Notes under the pieces: model-generated
The model's input: only the letters and a program-made list of their open reading frames with translations
Database searches by the model: none
Told to the model about the DNA's origin: nothing
Position numbers and translations under genes: made by a program
From: the human T2T-CHM13v2.0 reference genome, Homo sapiens
Length of the DNA stretch: 64,000 nucleotides
Assembly (NCBI RefSeq): GCF_009914755.1
Contig: NC_060931.1
Strand: one strand, 5' to 3'
Shown: positions 1-18,140 of the stretch, one piece after another
Numbering within the stretch: position 1 is the first letter of the stretch
Layout: the number at the start of each line of letters is the position of its first letter

Positions 1-643
1 AAGATAATAAAATATTTAGGATAAAAGAATTGTCTCTTAAAAATGAAAAGAAAATTATCTTTATGTATATATAACAACTATAACTCTCATCAAAAAACTA
101 CAGGAACAGCATGTTTTCAAAAGTACAACAATTTCCAAACTATTTGAAATAAATCTATGAATAATTCAATGGCCGACATTTTCCAAACAAACCAATAAAA
201 TGCAGAGTGTGCATGAAGCTATCTGTTACAATCTGTGGCACTGATATTTCACAAAAGAATTCTGTCCCAATCTGAGCCCCTGCATTGTGCCTTCAAATCC
301 TCCTGGACTGCAAGTCCGTAAGAAACAGGACCTCCAGGTTCCGCCCCAGGGAGGTTGGAATTCAGCAATATAAAAAGGGTGGTGGTGCCACAGGAAAGGG
401 TGGAACTGGAAACGCTCCTGGTTTCTTACTTTTCTCCAAGGACTCCTAGAAGGACCCCACCCCCCTCCCCCCACCCCTGCTCCTAGGAGGACAACGTGAT
501 CACTGTATTCAGCTCCATCAAGAATGGTCCAGGTTCTTCTAGATGATCTGCACAAATGGTTCCTCTCCTCCTGCCTGGTGTCTGCCATTAGCATTGGAAT
601 AAAGTTCCTGCTGAAAATCCACATCTCCCCTGGGTCCGGTGTT
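1..643 (-). other. SPDYE6: Probable non-coding terminal (3' UTR) exon of SPDYE6
   Basis: AAG|GTACAT donor at 1479/1478 after the stop; pyrimidine-rich acceptor ctctctcgcctccAG at 645-644; 3' end not determined. Confidence 0.5.
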
Positions 644-1523
644 CTGGAGGCGAGAGAGACAATGTCACACTTCAAGGAGGCAGCTCTCTAGACAGGAAAG
701 TTATTCACGTCCCATGTCAATTGAGAAATGCAATTTTATCTGCTGCCTTTCATTCTATACCCTGCTTCTGAACCATCGTGTTCAACTGTGAAACTCACAC
801 TTTGGTGACCACGACTCCAAAACTCACTTAATACACCCAAGGTCAGCCCCAGTGATCTGCTTCATAGCAAGGACTTTGGGTGGGTCTGCCCAGGGAGTAG
901 GGCACCCTCAGAGAATGTGGCTTTGGACTTTATCACAGCTGGGGCCTTTTGTGTCACTTAAGATCTAAACTTGTAACCATGCTAGATGTGTTTCTAATGT
1001 GACAACATCACGAACCACGAGTCCAGAAGCCTAATCCTTAATCCTACCTCCTCATGATGAAGTCTCATGCTCTGTGCTCAACGTGGTTAGCTGCACAAGA
1101 TGTAAACCAAAGCTTCACTGAACCCTCGACCCAAATCAGTAACTCAAGTGCGTCAATCATAATGAACCTCCCCAAACTCAGTTTTTATGATTATTTTTGA
1201 GGCAGGGTCTCACTCTGTCGCCCAGACTGGAGTGCAGTGGCAGGATCAGGGCTCCGTGCGGCCCCGACCTTCCAGGCTCCAGCGATCCTCCCGCCTCAGC
1301 CTCCTGAGTAGTTGGGAGTAGAGATGCGTCCCACATCGCCTGGCTAATTTTTGTATTTTTGTGGAGAGGGGATCTCGCCACGTTGCCCAGGCTTGAAGCC
1401 AGATCAAGCAATTGGGTTCTTCGGATTTCCGAAATAGACCCCAATATTCTGCCTTTACCCCAGAGGATGCAGATGTACCTTCTCTCAGGCCGATGACCTC
1501 AGGCCTCCCCGGTCCCTGGAGCT

Positions 1524-1583
1524 CTAGGAAAGGTGAGCGCGATCTCGCGCCCACACCCAGTGCTCTGGGTCATAAGCCTGGAT
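1524..1583 (-). CDS. SPDYE6: SPDYE last coding exon ([19 protein letters not shown])
   Basis: ttccAG acceptor; TAG at 1526-1524; typical Speedy C-terminal motif. Confidence 0.9.
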   Translation of the reverse strand: MQAYDPEHWVWARDRAHLS

Positions 1584-1705
1584 CTGGAAAAACAAACGCC
1601 CTTTGAGAAGACGGGGACTCGCCAGGATACCCCTCTCTCCCCTCATCCAGCCTCCAGCCCACCCAATTCCTCCCCACCTCCTCCACCTCCCCAGGCCCCA
1701 CTCAC

Positions 1706-2099
1706 CTCCTCCAACTCCTCTGGGGAAACCCAAGCCCTGCAGCTCATGGAACAGAAGAAGTGGAACCGTCGTTTCTGGAACAGGACTATCTGAGAGCGGT
1801 TCTTCCTGGCCCTCGAGTTCATGGAACGGTATAACTGGAACCGACGCTTACGGAGCAAGGGTATGCGAGAGCGGTTCTTCCTGGCCCTCGGGTTCGTGGA
1901 ACGGTATAACTGGAACCGACGCTTACGGAGCAAGGGTATGCGAGAGCGGTTCTTCCTGGCCCTCGGGTTCATGGAATGGCCTAACTGGAACCAACGCTTA
2001 CGGAGCAAGGGTATGCAAGAGCGGTTCTTCCTATACAGGAAGTGGAAGATGTTTTGTTTGGAGTCCTCGTCGTCCTCCTCCATGTCATTGGCCAGGTAG
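1706..2099 (-). CDS. SPDYE6: SPDYE coding exon 6 ([12 protein letters not shown]...VSPEELEE) with basic 25-aa repeats
   Basis: ORF 1643..2311; tcctcAG acceptor, GAG|GTGAGT donor, 394 nt. Confidence 0.92.
1792..2031. repeat. 75-bp coding tandem repeat, ~3.2 copies ([25 protein letters not shown])
   Basis: Unit starts at 1792, 1867, 1942 and 2017. Confidence 0.95.
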
Positions 2100-2291
2100 C
2101 TGAGGACAGAAATCAGGTTGCTGCTCAGGGGCACCACCAGGAGAGGCCTCCGGCTGAGGTCAGCTTCCCAGAGAGGAAGGTAAGGGACCGTCCCTAGCTC
2201 AGGACTGGCACCCACCCTGCAGAGAGCCATGCCTTCCTCAGGAGGGCTCTGCTGGACAGAGACCTGATCAAGGGCGTCTCCCACTCCTTCA

Positions 2292-2432
<141 letters not shown>

Positions 2433-3458
2433 CTATTAAAAATGTAAGAAATATGCCAGACGCGGTGGCTCATGCCTGTAATCCCAGCACTTTAGAAGGC
2501 TGAAGCAGGTGGATCGCTTGAGACCAGGAGTTGGAGACCAGCCTGGTCAACACGGAGAAACCCCATCTCTACTAAAAATACAAAAATGAGCCTGGTGCGG
2601 TGGCACACCCGTTAGGCCTAGCTACTCAGGAGGCTGAAGCACAAGAATTGTGTGAACCCAGGAGGCGGAGGTTGCAGTGAGTTGAGATTGGGCCACTCCA
2701 TTCCAGCCTGAGAGGCAGAACAAGACTCTGTCTCAATAAACAAACAAACAAACAAACTGTCCAGGTGTGGTGGCACAGCCCTGTAGTCGGAGCTAATAAA
2801 GAAGCTGAGGTGGGAGGATCGCTTGAGCCCAGGATATGGAGGCTGCGGTGAGCTATGATCTCACCACTGCACTCCAGCTTGGGGGACAGGGCAAGTCTGT
2901 CTCAAAAAAATAAAAGAAATTGAATACATTGATATTTTGCCAGGACCCTGCCTTCTACAGGCATCTAGTCTAATGGGACTGGGAGTAATCAAGGCAGATG
3001 ACCTAATCCCAGTGTCCAGGATGTAACTAGAGAGCTACGGGCATGCAGAAGTTGGAAGATGAGGGAAGGCATCACAGAGGCTGTGGGGTGAACTGATTTC
3101 AAGGAATGGGTCCTTCCCTTCAGAGCCACATGTGTGCGGGACACCCAGACAGAAAACACAAACACAAAGTCGAGTGGAGGGCATTTGGAAGGAGCAGTGA
3201 AGCCGAGCCAGGAAATACCAAGATGGCGAGCCAGTGTGCTTGTAGAGATTGTAGAGAGGGTAGAATTGACACTGTGGACCCTGGCCTCGATAGAGAAAGG
3301 CATCAGCTAAGGAAGTTGTTCAGGTGGGCAGTGAGGTTGTCGTGCTTTGGAAAGATGTTCAGGCTGCACTAGGAAGCCCCCTGGCTTGGGGAGAGACTCC
3401 AGGAGACCCCAGCGGGGAGCATTTGACAGTAAATTCGAGTGATGCGAGGGGGACCTGA

Positions 3459-3920
<462 letters not shown>

Positions 3921-4151
3921 TGATCCGCCTGCCTCGGCCTCCCAAAGTGCTGGGATTACAGGCGTATTCCACTGTGCCCAGCCTGAGTTTCTGTTTAGAA
4001 ACAACAGTCTATGATAGTATAATCCTCTCTTTTTTGTACACAGAGTAAAGAGGACAAATAGGTGAAAGAATAAATGAAAGGCTGGAATCCCACTTCCCCC
4101 GCTGTCCCAGGGCATTGGATATTGACGGATAGGAGGCAGCAAACCACTCAC

Positions 4152-4237
4152 AGAGCCAGGAAGAAATGAATGCGTTGGTATTGCCAGGAGGGGAAGCCGG
4201 CCCGGCTGAAATACGCTATGACCATAGCCAGGAGATA
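4152..4237 (-). CDS. SPDYE6: SPDYE coding exon 5 ([29 protein letters not shown]), Speedy/RINGO box core
   Basis: Manual translation gives the conserved YLLAMV..YF.RA and [14 protein letters not shown] motifs; AG acceptor and GTGAGT donor, 86 nt. Confidence 0.92.
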
Positions 4238-5324
4238 CTGATGGAGAGAAAGGAACACAGAGAGGGAGAGGTCACATCTTGGAAGAGGAAGATTGTGGAG
4301 AGGGGGAATGAGGGTCTGGGGAGGGGCTGCCCATCAGAGAAGGGACCTCAGTGTTGGGGTGACTACTCATTTGGAAATTGCGGGATGGAGGGGTATTCGA
4401 AGGTCGGATGCAAATCCGAGAAGCCAGAGGAAGGGTTTTGGGTGATGCTCCCAGGATGGTGGGCTCCGATGGGATCTTTGGAGGGGGTGTGTCTAGGTCG
4501 GCTGGTGTCAGGAGGGTCTTTTGTGTGCCAGGCAGAGAACTGTCCCGAAGAGCTGAGAGTAGAGGGGCCAGGAGCTTCAGGGCTGCGGCCAGACTGTGGC
4601 CCAGAGCTCAGATCCCAAAGGACCCATAGGAGAGGCAGGGGCCACTCATTCACTCTGCAAGAGACCAGCAGAATCCTGAGGGAGATGCTGACAAATCATA
4701 AAAAGACCAAGAATAGCCGGGAGTGGCGGCTCAAGCCTGTGATCCCAGTACTTTTTGAGAGGTGGAGACAGGAGGATCATGTGAGCCCAACAGTTCGAGA
4801 ACAACCTGGGCAACATAGTGAGACCCTGTTTCTACAAACATTTCAAAAATTAGTTGAGCATGGTGGCATGTGCCTAGTCCCAGCTCCTCAGGAGGCTGAG
4901 GAAAGAAGATTGCTTGAGCCCAGGAATTAGAGGCTGCAATGAGCTATGATCATGCCACTGCACTCCATCCTGGGGAGCAGAGCTAGACTCTGTCTCACAA
5001 AAAAAAAATTTGTGGGTGCCAAGACCCAAGACCATGGGAGCTGGTCGGGCACAGTGGCTGACGTCTATAATCTCAGCACTTTGGGAGGCCAAGGTGGGTG
5101 GATCGCCTGAGGTCAGGTGTTCAGGACCAACCTGGCCAACATGGCAAAACCCCGTTTCTACTAAAAACACAAAAATTAGCCAGGCGTGGTGGTTCATGTC
5201 TGTAATCCCAGCTGCTTGGAGGCTGAGGCAGGAGAATCACTTGAACCCAGGAGGCATCGGCTGCAGTGAGTCAAGATCGAGACACTGCCCTCCAGCCTGG
5301 GCAACAGAGCAAGACTCTGTCTCA

Positions 5325-5359
<35 letters not shown>

Positions 5360-5474
5360 AGACTGTAGAAGCATCTGGTGGGAGGTGGTGGAGGGAGAAC
5401 TGTGGGTTTGGAAGCTGCGCCCTCCCCCCAGCCATGCGTTGGAACAGGAACAGTTACATGGAGAACAACCTTAC

Positions 5475-5533
5475 CTTGTCCGACACCCTCAGATCTTTGT
5501 CCCAGGCCAGGAATCTTTTAATGACAGGATCCT
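5475..5533 (-). CDS. SPDYE6: SPDYE coding exon 4 ([20 protein letters not shown]), start of the Speedy/RINGO box
   Basis: Manual translation; cacAG acceptor, AAG|GTAAGG donor, 59 nt. Confidence 0.9.
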
Positions 5534-5723
5534 CTGTGATTAGAGAGCAGATGTCAGTGTGAGAAGCAGGACAGGGTTTCCGTGGGAGCAGCAGGGCAGC
5601 GAGGAGAAGTGTGCCTCCCGGGGGGAAGTCTCAGGATTGTGGCCGCGGGTGAGGTGGATGGGAGAGGGGAGAATGACTTTCACTGGGCAAGGGAGAGAGG
5701 CTCCTGCTCTGAGACTCCCCTGA

Positions 5724-6394
<671 letters not shown>

Positions 6395-6566
6395 TAATCC
6401 TTTATCATCTCCTAAGTGTCCCTCATGAGTGATCACTTCACATTCCTCCCACATGGAGAGCTCACCCACTGGGGCCTATTTTTCCCATTGGAAAAGTGTG
6501 GTTATTGGAAGTTTCCTGTTTTTGGAAAGAACAGGATTGGAGGTGCTCTCTGGGGTGTCCTCCTAC

Positions 6567-6797
6567 CAAGCAGCCTGTTGAAGGCCTCGTGGTGCTCAGG
6601 GAGCACGAGCGACACTCGCCGTCGCTTCAGCTTCATCTTGAGGCCACACAGCATCTCCGCCACCCAGATCTCCTCAGGCTCAGGGGCGAGCACCTTCCGT
6701 GGCTCCTCCTCCAACGACTCCTCAGATTCGTCCCACCACTCCATCTTCCTTTTCCAGCAAAAGGACCTATGCGGGGGGCTGGGATCTACCCCAGGGG
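6567..6797 (-). CDS. SPDYE6: SPDYE coding exon 3 ([18 protein letters not shown]...EAFNRLL), 231 nt, phase 1-1
   Basis: Paralogous to exon 2 with the same splice signals; ORF 6502..6819. Confidence 0.9.
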
Positions 6798-7041
6798 CTG
6801 AGTAAAGAAACCAGGCCACGGTGTAATGCTTCTGCAGTTGATCACACTAGAGCCCGACCCAAAACCCCAAACCACTCTCCATCCTCCCCAGCCTCGCAGA
6901 CTGCTGGCTTCTCCAAGCCATCTTTCCTTCTGTCTGTCTCCTCTGCTGAGCTCCATGTGCCGCTCCTTCTCCTCCCCATTCTCCCGTTTTTCTGTCCTCA
7001 GAACACTTCCTCATATCCTTCCCTGGTCCCTGGCTCTCTGA

Positions 7042-7188
<147 letters not shown>

Positions 7189-7621
7189 TAAGCCTCCCAA
7201 GTAGCTGGGATTACAGGTGCCCACCAGAACGCCCAGCTCATTTTTGTGCTTCTAGAAGAGACAGGGTTTCACCATGTTGGCCAGGCTGGTCTCCAACTCC
7301 TGGCCTCAAGTGATCTGCCTGCCTGGCCTCCCAAAGTGCTGGGATTACAGGTGTGAGCCACTGCACCCTGCCTCAGTACCTCCATTCTTCCCACACACCC
7401 TCCTCATGTGCTCCTTCCTGACTTCTGGGCCCTTCCTTCCTTCTTTTTTTTTTTTTTTTTTTGAGACAGCGTCTCACTCTCTCACCCAGAATGGAATGCA
7501 GTGGCGCTATCTTGGCTCAAAGCAACCTCTTCCACCTGGGTTCAAGCGATTATCCTGTCTCAGCCTCCTGAGTAGCTGGGATAACAGGCATGCCTGGCTA
7601 ATTTTTGTATTGTTAGTATAA

Positions 7622-7747
<126 letters not shown>

Positions 7748-8117
7748 TGACACAGGGTTTTGCTCTGTCACCCAGGCTGGAGTGCAGTGGTGCAGTCATA
7801 GCTCACTGCAGCCTCAAAGTCCTGAGTTCAAGCAATCCTCTTGCCTCAGCCTCCCAACGTGCTAGGATCTCAGGCGTGAGCCACTGCACCTGGCCCGAAA
7901 CCAAGCTTTCTCATCCCAAGCGCCAACCTTTATCAAGTCTAGCCTAGTCCTCTATCGTCTCCTAAGTGTCCCTCATGAGTGATCACTTCTGAGTCCTCCT
8001 GCGTGGAGAGCTCAGCCACTGGGGGCGTATCTTTCCCATTGGAAAAGTGTGGTTATTGGAAGTTTCCTCTTTTTAGAAAGAACAGGATTGGAGGTGCTCT
8101 CTGGGGTGTCCTCCTAC

Positions 8118-8336
8118 CAAGCTGACTGTTGAAGTCCTTGTGGTGCTCAGGGAGGATGGGTGACACTCGCTGTTGCTTCAGCTTCATCTTGAGCCCACAC
8201 AGCATCTCCACTACCCAGGTCTCCTCAGGCTCAGGGGCGAGCTCCTTCTCCGGCTCCTCCTCAGATTCATCTGACCACTCCCTCTTCCTTTTCCAGCCAA
8301 GGGACCTACATGGGGGGCTGGGATCTACCCCAGGGG
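8118..8336 (-). CDS. SPDYE6: SPDYE coding exon 2 ([18 protein letters not shown]...DFNSQL), 219 nt, phase 1-1
   Basis: tttactcAG acceptor and G|GTAGG donor; ORF 8053..8376. Confidence 0.9.
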
Positions 8337-8576
8337 CTGAGTAAAGAAACCAGGCCACCGTGTAATGCTTCTGCATCTGATCACCTTAGACCCCGACCCA
8401 AAACCCCAAACCACTCTCCATCCTCCCCAGACTTGCAGACTGCTGGCTTCTCTAAGCCATCTTTCTGATTTTCTCCTCTGCTCAACCCCATGTGCCGCTC
8501 CTTCCCCTCCCCATTCTTCTCTCTCTGTGTCCTCCGAACACTGCTTCATGTCCTTCCCTGGTCCCTGGCTCTCTGA

Positions 8577-8933
<357 letters not shown>

Positions 8934-9281
8934 TGACCGCTGACCCTTCTTTTCTTTTTTTTTTTTTTTTTTGGAGTGCAGTAGCGTGCTCTCAGCTCAC
9001 TGCAACCTCTTCCTCCCAGTCTCAAGTGATTCTCCTGTCTCAGCCTCCTGAGTAGCTGGGATTACAGGTGTGCACCACTACAACTTGGCTAATTTTTATA
9101 CTTTTAGTAGAGATGGGGTTTCACCATATTGGCCAGGCTGGCCTTGATCTCCTGACCTCAGGTGATCCGCCCACCTCGGCCTCCCAAAGTGCTGGGGTTA
9201 CAGGCGTGAGCCACCGCACCCGGCCCCCTTCCTTCGTCTTAGTCAATCCTATCCCACCTCTTCTTCCACCAGTCCCCTCAC

Positions 9282-9441
9282 CTGATGGTCCCAACATTTC
9301 ATCATCCACCACCTCCTGGAGGGGGTACCCCGAGGTGCTCCGCTGGGAACTCTGCTCATTCTGGGGGTGCGGTTGACGGCTGGTCGTGATCTTTCCCGTA
9401 ATCTGTCCCCTCTTACGGAACCTAGTCTCCGTTCTGTCCAT
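9282..9441 (-). CDS. SPDYE6: Speedy/RINGO E protein, coding exon 1 ([10 protein letters not shown]...EMLGPS)
   Basis: ATG at 9441; 160 nt to a G|GTGAG donor at 9281. The seven exons sum to 1209 nt (402 aa + stop) with GT-AG at every junction. The paralogue is assigned from protein length and position next to PRKRIP1; SPDYE copies are near-identical. Confidence 0.88.
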
Positions 9442-9925
9442 GGCCTTCTTCTGGACACTGCTAGGATCCAGAAGAGTATGTTATCAATTCTCAAGCCTAG
9501 GAGAAGTCAGGAGTAGAGAACAGCTCTGAGAAGATACTGTTGTCCAACTGATCTCCAGGCACCACGGAGTCCGGTCCCTCCAATCAGGAAGGTCGGAATC
9601 TCTGATGTCATCGTTCATGCCAACCTGGCAACCAGTTTGAAAAAAAACACATGTAACTGCCAGGCTGATCTCTTGTCCTGGAGATCCTGGGTGAATGGTA
9701 TCTCCTGCCACTGTCCCAACCTCAGACCATTGTCCAAAAGCATCTTCAGGGACTCCACATCCCTCTATTCCCTGTCCCAGCAGAGGCTGTGTCCTCTCCA
9801 CTCAAAGCCTGAAGCATGTTGGGGTCTCTTCGTCTCTGTACATGCCCATTTCAGAGTCCAGTCTGGTGGGAGAGGGAACAGAGTGGGAAAGAAAACTAGG
9901 GTAAGCAGAAACGATGAAACCTTAT

Positions 9926-9993
9926 AAGAGTGAGAGTATCATGTACAAGAGTGAGATTATCATGTACAAGAGTGAGATTATCACGTACAAGAG
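9926..9993. repeat. 21-bp tandem repeat x3 (AAGAGTGAGATTATCATGTAC)
   Basis: Units at 9926, 9947 and 9968. Confidence 0.9.
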
Positions 9994-10764
9994 ATCCCAG
10001 GAATACTGACTTGATGAAAAAGTCACATCAGAGCACTCAGTTTGGCAGAGCTTTTCTGCCGAATGTTTACTCACATTCACTGTCCGAGATTCTATACTGG
10101 GGGTACACACGTCCTCTGCCCTAAGGCAATTTTGAGTCCAAGAGACATTTTGAGGCCTAAAAATCATAGGAAACTGCCCCTGAGCTCACACATATTTCCA
10201 ATGGTGTCCCCAGTTTCAGGGAATCCATGGATTACCTAAGCCAGCCCCTCCAGTTCGGCTAAGAAACTCTAGTCTATATATCAAGTTTTGTATCATATGT
10301 ATTGCTCTGAACTCAGAAATTTCCCTTCCATTTATGGATTCTATGAATAAAATATCACATGTACAAAAAGACTAAGTCAAAAAATTTCAGCTGTGCACAG
10401 TGGCTCATGCTTGTAATCCCAGCACTTTGGGTGGCCAAGGGAGGAAGATTGCCTGAGGCCAGCAGTTCGAGACCAGTATAGGCAACATAGCAAGAGCCCA
10501 TCTCTAAAAAAACAAAACCAAACCAAATTAGCCAGGTGTGGTGGCTGGCACCTGTGTTCCAACTACTTGGGAGACTCATGTGACAGGAAGATCACTTGAG
10601 CCCAGGAGTTAGAAGCTGCAGTGAGCCGTGATCTTGCCACTGCACTCCAGTCTGGGCAACACAGCAAGATATTGTGTCAAAAAAATTTTTTTTGATAAAA
10701 AATAAAAGAGTTACATGACATTCAGAGACCATCCAAAAAACCTGTGGGTTCCCGGCTGGGCTCA

Positions 10765-10887
<123 letters not shown>

Positions 10888-11763
10888 TTAGCCAGGCATG
10901 GTGGTGGATGCCTGTAATCGCAGCTACTCAGGAGAGGGCGCTGGAGAATCACTTGAACTCATGGTGCGCAGGTTGCAGGGAGCCAAGATGGCACCATTGT
11001 GCTCCAGCCTGGGCAACAAGAGCAAAACTCCATCTCAAAAAAAATAAAGAACCTGCGAGTGAGTTCCCACACGTTTTCCTAATGGGCTGCTGCTTTCCTA
11101 GGAGTCTCTCGCTCATAGAAAAGGCACAAACTGAAAGAGGAAGCAGATCCCATTGCTGTGGAAGTCCCATTGTTAGGAAGCTCTGCTTTTCTGGAGTTCA
11201 AATTCGCATTCATGACGCTTTAAACCGTCAGAGCTGGGTGGGTCCTCCTACAACAAAATAGTTTGCTCTCTCTCTCCTAGTTAACAGGCTTTCAAATATT
11301 AGAAGATCAATGTTCTGACCCCATTAAAATTTCTCTTTTGTGGAATGAAAAGCTCTGATTTAACCCATCTTCAAGCCTGGTTTGCATATTCCTCTCTCTT
11401 CCGGCCACCTTGTCTAGACACACTACACTGAGGCCATGCCCATCATAAATGATGTCGATACATTGTCAAAAAATTGGCAAACCAGGCACGGTGGCTCATG
11501 CCTGTAATCCTACCACTTTAAGAAGCAGAGGCAGACAGATCACCAGAGGTCAGAAGTTCGAGACCAGCCTGTCCAACATGTTTAAATCCATCTCTACTAA
11601 AAATACAGAAAAAATGAGCTGGGCGTGGGGGTGCACATCTGTAATCCCAGCTACTTGGGAGGCTGAGGCAGGAGAATCACTTGAACCTGGAAGTCAGAGG
11701 TTGCAGTGAGCCAAGATTGCATCACTGCACTCCAGCCTGGGTGACAGAGCGAGACACCATCGC

Positions 11764-11795
<32 letters not shown>

Positions 11796-12777
11796 TAAAC
11801 AGCCCAGGTTTGGTCTGATATGTTCAGAAAAAAGCAAAACAGTCACCTCTCACCTTTTCTTTTCCCGCAGTGATGCAGTTGCATACAACAATGGCTGTAG
11901 GTATGCTGCAGAAATATCATTCAAGTGAAACGGAAGGGCTTTCCTGGCCAGACACAGTGGTCACTCCTGCAATCCCAACACTTTGGTTGGCTAAGGTGGG
12001 AGGATTTCTTGCGGCCAGGGGTTCAAGGCTGCAGTGAGCTGTAATCCACCACTGCATTCCAGGCTGGGCATCAGAGTGAGGCCTCTCTCTAAAAAAAAAA
12101 AACCCTTCACTCCCCAAAAAAAGGGATTTGCAAATACCAGCCTTTCAGCATGAGGATCACATGGAGGAACATTAAGATACAGATGCTGGGACCCAGCCCT
12201 ATTGATTGTAATTCAGAAACTGAGGTGGGGCCTGATTTAGCTCCATCATTGGAATCCATTCAGATTTGAAATTCTCTGGGTTGGACAGTTCAAGAGAGAT
12301 CCTAAAGAAAGCAAAATCACTATGGACTGAAATGAGCAGACAAGGTTTTCTGAGCATGGTGAAATATGATCTGGGCCTCACTTGGGAGGGCTGTGGCCAG
12401 GCCTTGAGTCCTTGGCTCAGTGGGACCTTCTGAAACAGCCTCCAAGCTGCGCCCCTGCTTCCTTTGCTTTTGGATGACCCCCTCTAGCAGCTTTGGTGCT
12501 GATGGGAATAAGTCGACCTGCAGCGGAAGTTCAGCCCAAGTCTCAGCCCAGCAGCCTCCCCAAACCTGGCCAGGGTCTGGTCATGCTGCCATCTCTGCAG
12601 TTCTCTGTGGAGTTGTGGTTCCTGTACCTTGAAGAGAACTTCCCCTTCTGGGACCCAGAAACCCAGTGAACCCTCAGGAAAAAAGGGAATGAAATTACTG
12701 AAGACAACTCTGTGGCAGGGAGAGGGAAAAGAGGCTCTTTGTTTTTGTTTTTTATTTTTTATTTTTTTATTTTTTGA

Positions 12778-15059
<2,282 letters not shown>

Positions 15060-15127
15060 TAGATTTCACCAAAAAATTGTGATGAATCAGTCTTTATGAT
15101 CCCATTTTTGAAAATTGACATTTTAAT

Positions 15128-16342
<1,215 letters not shown>

Positions 16343-16460
16343 TAACCTAACCCTAAACATAATCCTCCTGGGGAAGGTAAGATCACAGGTATCTCTTCTT
16401 CATTCAATTTGTGTGTGTATGTCCTTATTTCTCTACAGTTTTTAGGCATTCACTGTGTGA

Positions 16461-16892
<432 letters not shown>

Positions 16893-16997
16893 TAACCCAG
16901 AGGACTTGGGCTCCAGGACCCAGTAACGCAGCCCTGGACTTGACCCTAAAAGGGAGTAAAGACAAAGGTGAAGTTCAGTCCGGGGTTCAGGGTTGCC

Positions 16998-17163
16998 AAA
17001 GCTCATAGCCTGGAGCTTCTTCACCTTTAGGCGGGGTAGAGACATTTAAAATGGCCCCTAAACTTGGAGGGCGCGTAAAGCTCATAGGCTGGAGCTTCTT
17101 AACCTTTAGGCAGGGTAGAGACATTTAAGACGGCCCCTAAACTTGGGGAGCGCATAGGCTCAT
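16998..17163. repeat. 79-bp tandem duplication (~2.1 copies) directly upstream of the CpG-island promoter
   Basis: AAAGCTCATAG(C/G)CTGGAGCTTCTT...CCCCTAAACTTGG occurs twice. Confidence 0.9.
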
Positions 17164-17169
17164 GGGAAA

Positions 17170-18140
17170 TAGAGTCCGTTACTTGTCCTGGGACCGGTGG
17201 TGGGTGTCCCGGGAGGCGGACTTCCGGTGCACTCCTGCGCGTGTGCACCTCTCCCTGCGTGCGTGTTCGCGCGTGCGTGCTTGCACATGCGCGCCACCTC
17301 CGCACTGCCCTGGCTTCCTGCGCCTCTTCAGGTCATCGCTTGCTCTCGTTCCCAGGCTTTGGCCTCTAGTGGACGAGAATCACCGAGTCTGCGGGGCTGG
17401 ACGCTGACTGCCCGGGCCAGCACCTAGGCGGGCGGGAGCTGTGCGGCCCAGGGTTCACGCGGGCCGGGTAGAGGCTCGAGCCGGGACCCCCGAGCGTGAA
17501 CCCCGGAGCCGGCGGCGCTGGGGCCAGAGGGGCCGGGCGGGAGGTGGTGGCGGAGGCGAAGGGGCGACGGGACCTGGGCCTGGCCCGTGTGTGTCCTCGG
17601 CGGCCTGGCGCCGGCCGTCGCTGTACGGTGAGCCCCAGGGAGGCGGATCTGGGCCCCGAGAAGGACCCCCGCCTGGATTTGCCCCGTAGGCCCGGCCCGG
17701 GCCCCTCGGGAGCAGAACAGCTTTGGTGAGGTGGACAGGAGGTGACCTCGCGAGCAGACGCGCGCGCCAGCGACAGCAGCCCGCCCCGGCCTCTCGGGAG
17801 CCGTGGGGCAGAGGCTGCGGAGCCCCAGGAGGGTAAGTCTTGGGTTTTTGGGCCCGGAGCGAGAAGGGCCTGGGTGAAGTCACCGTGTGTTGGGGACCTT
17901 AGAGTGTGGGGCAGAGGGAGGGTCCCGATTGCTTGCCGGAGAGACATGTGTTGGGTTTGAGGGCAGGGTCTGGCTGCACCGAACAGGCGCTGCATGGGAA
18001 GATCTGGGAGGACGAGGCCTACGGAGGCGTGGAGGGTGTCACCACCCTCAGCTGCGGACATCGTCTCCACTCCCCGCTAACCCCTAACAGTCCTTCCTCC
18101 TCCTCTCCGTGCTCCAGATTTGGACCGCCTTTAAACGTCC
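17170..18140 (+). promoter_or_regulatory. LOC100289561: CpG-island promoter and first exon (donor GAG G|GTAAGT at 17832) of the RBAK-derived KRAB locus
   Basis: High GC and CpG density; ETS motif ACTTCCGG at ~17220; NRF1-like GCACATGCGCG at ~17283. The symbol is recalled from locus annotation. Confidence 0.8.

Noticed and set aside
1792-2031. CRISPR-like array
   Set aside because: Head-to-tail repeats without unique spacers, inside a eukaryotic exon
1603-2103. Plus-strand repetitive ORFs (166 aa and 92 aa)
   Set aside because: Antisense shadows of the SPDYE 75-bp coding repeat; no splice or promoter support
4166-4930. 254-aa ORF, the longest in the window
   Set aside because: Antisense to SPDYE exon 5 and intron, runs into an Alu, no recognisable domain
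17366-18070. 234-aa minus-strand ORF and other ORFs over the CpG island
   Set aside because: Stop-codon scarcity in GC-rich DNA; low-complexity R/P/G/A composition
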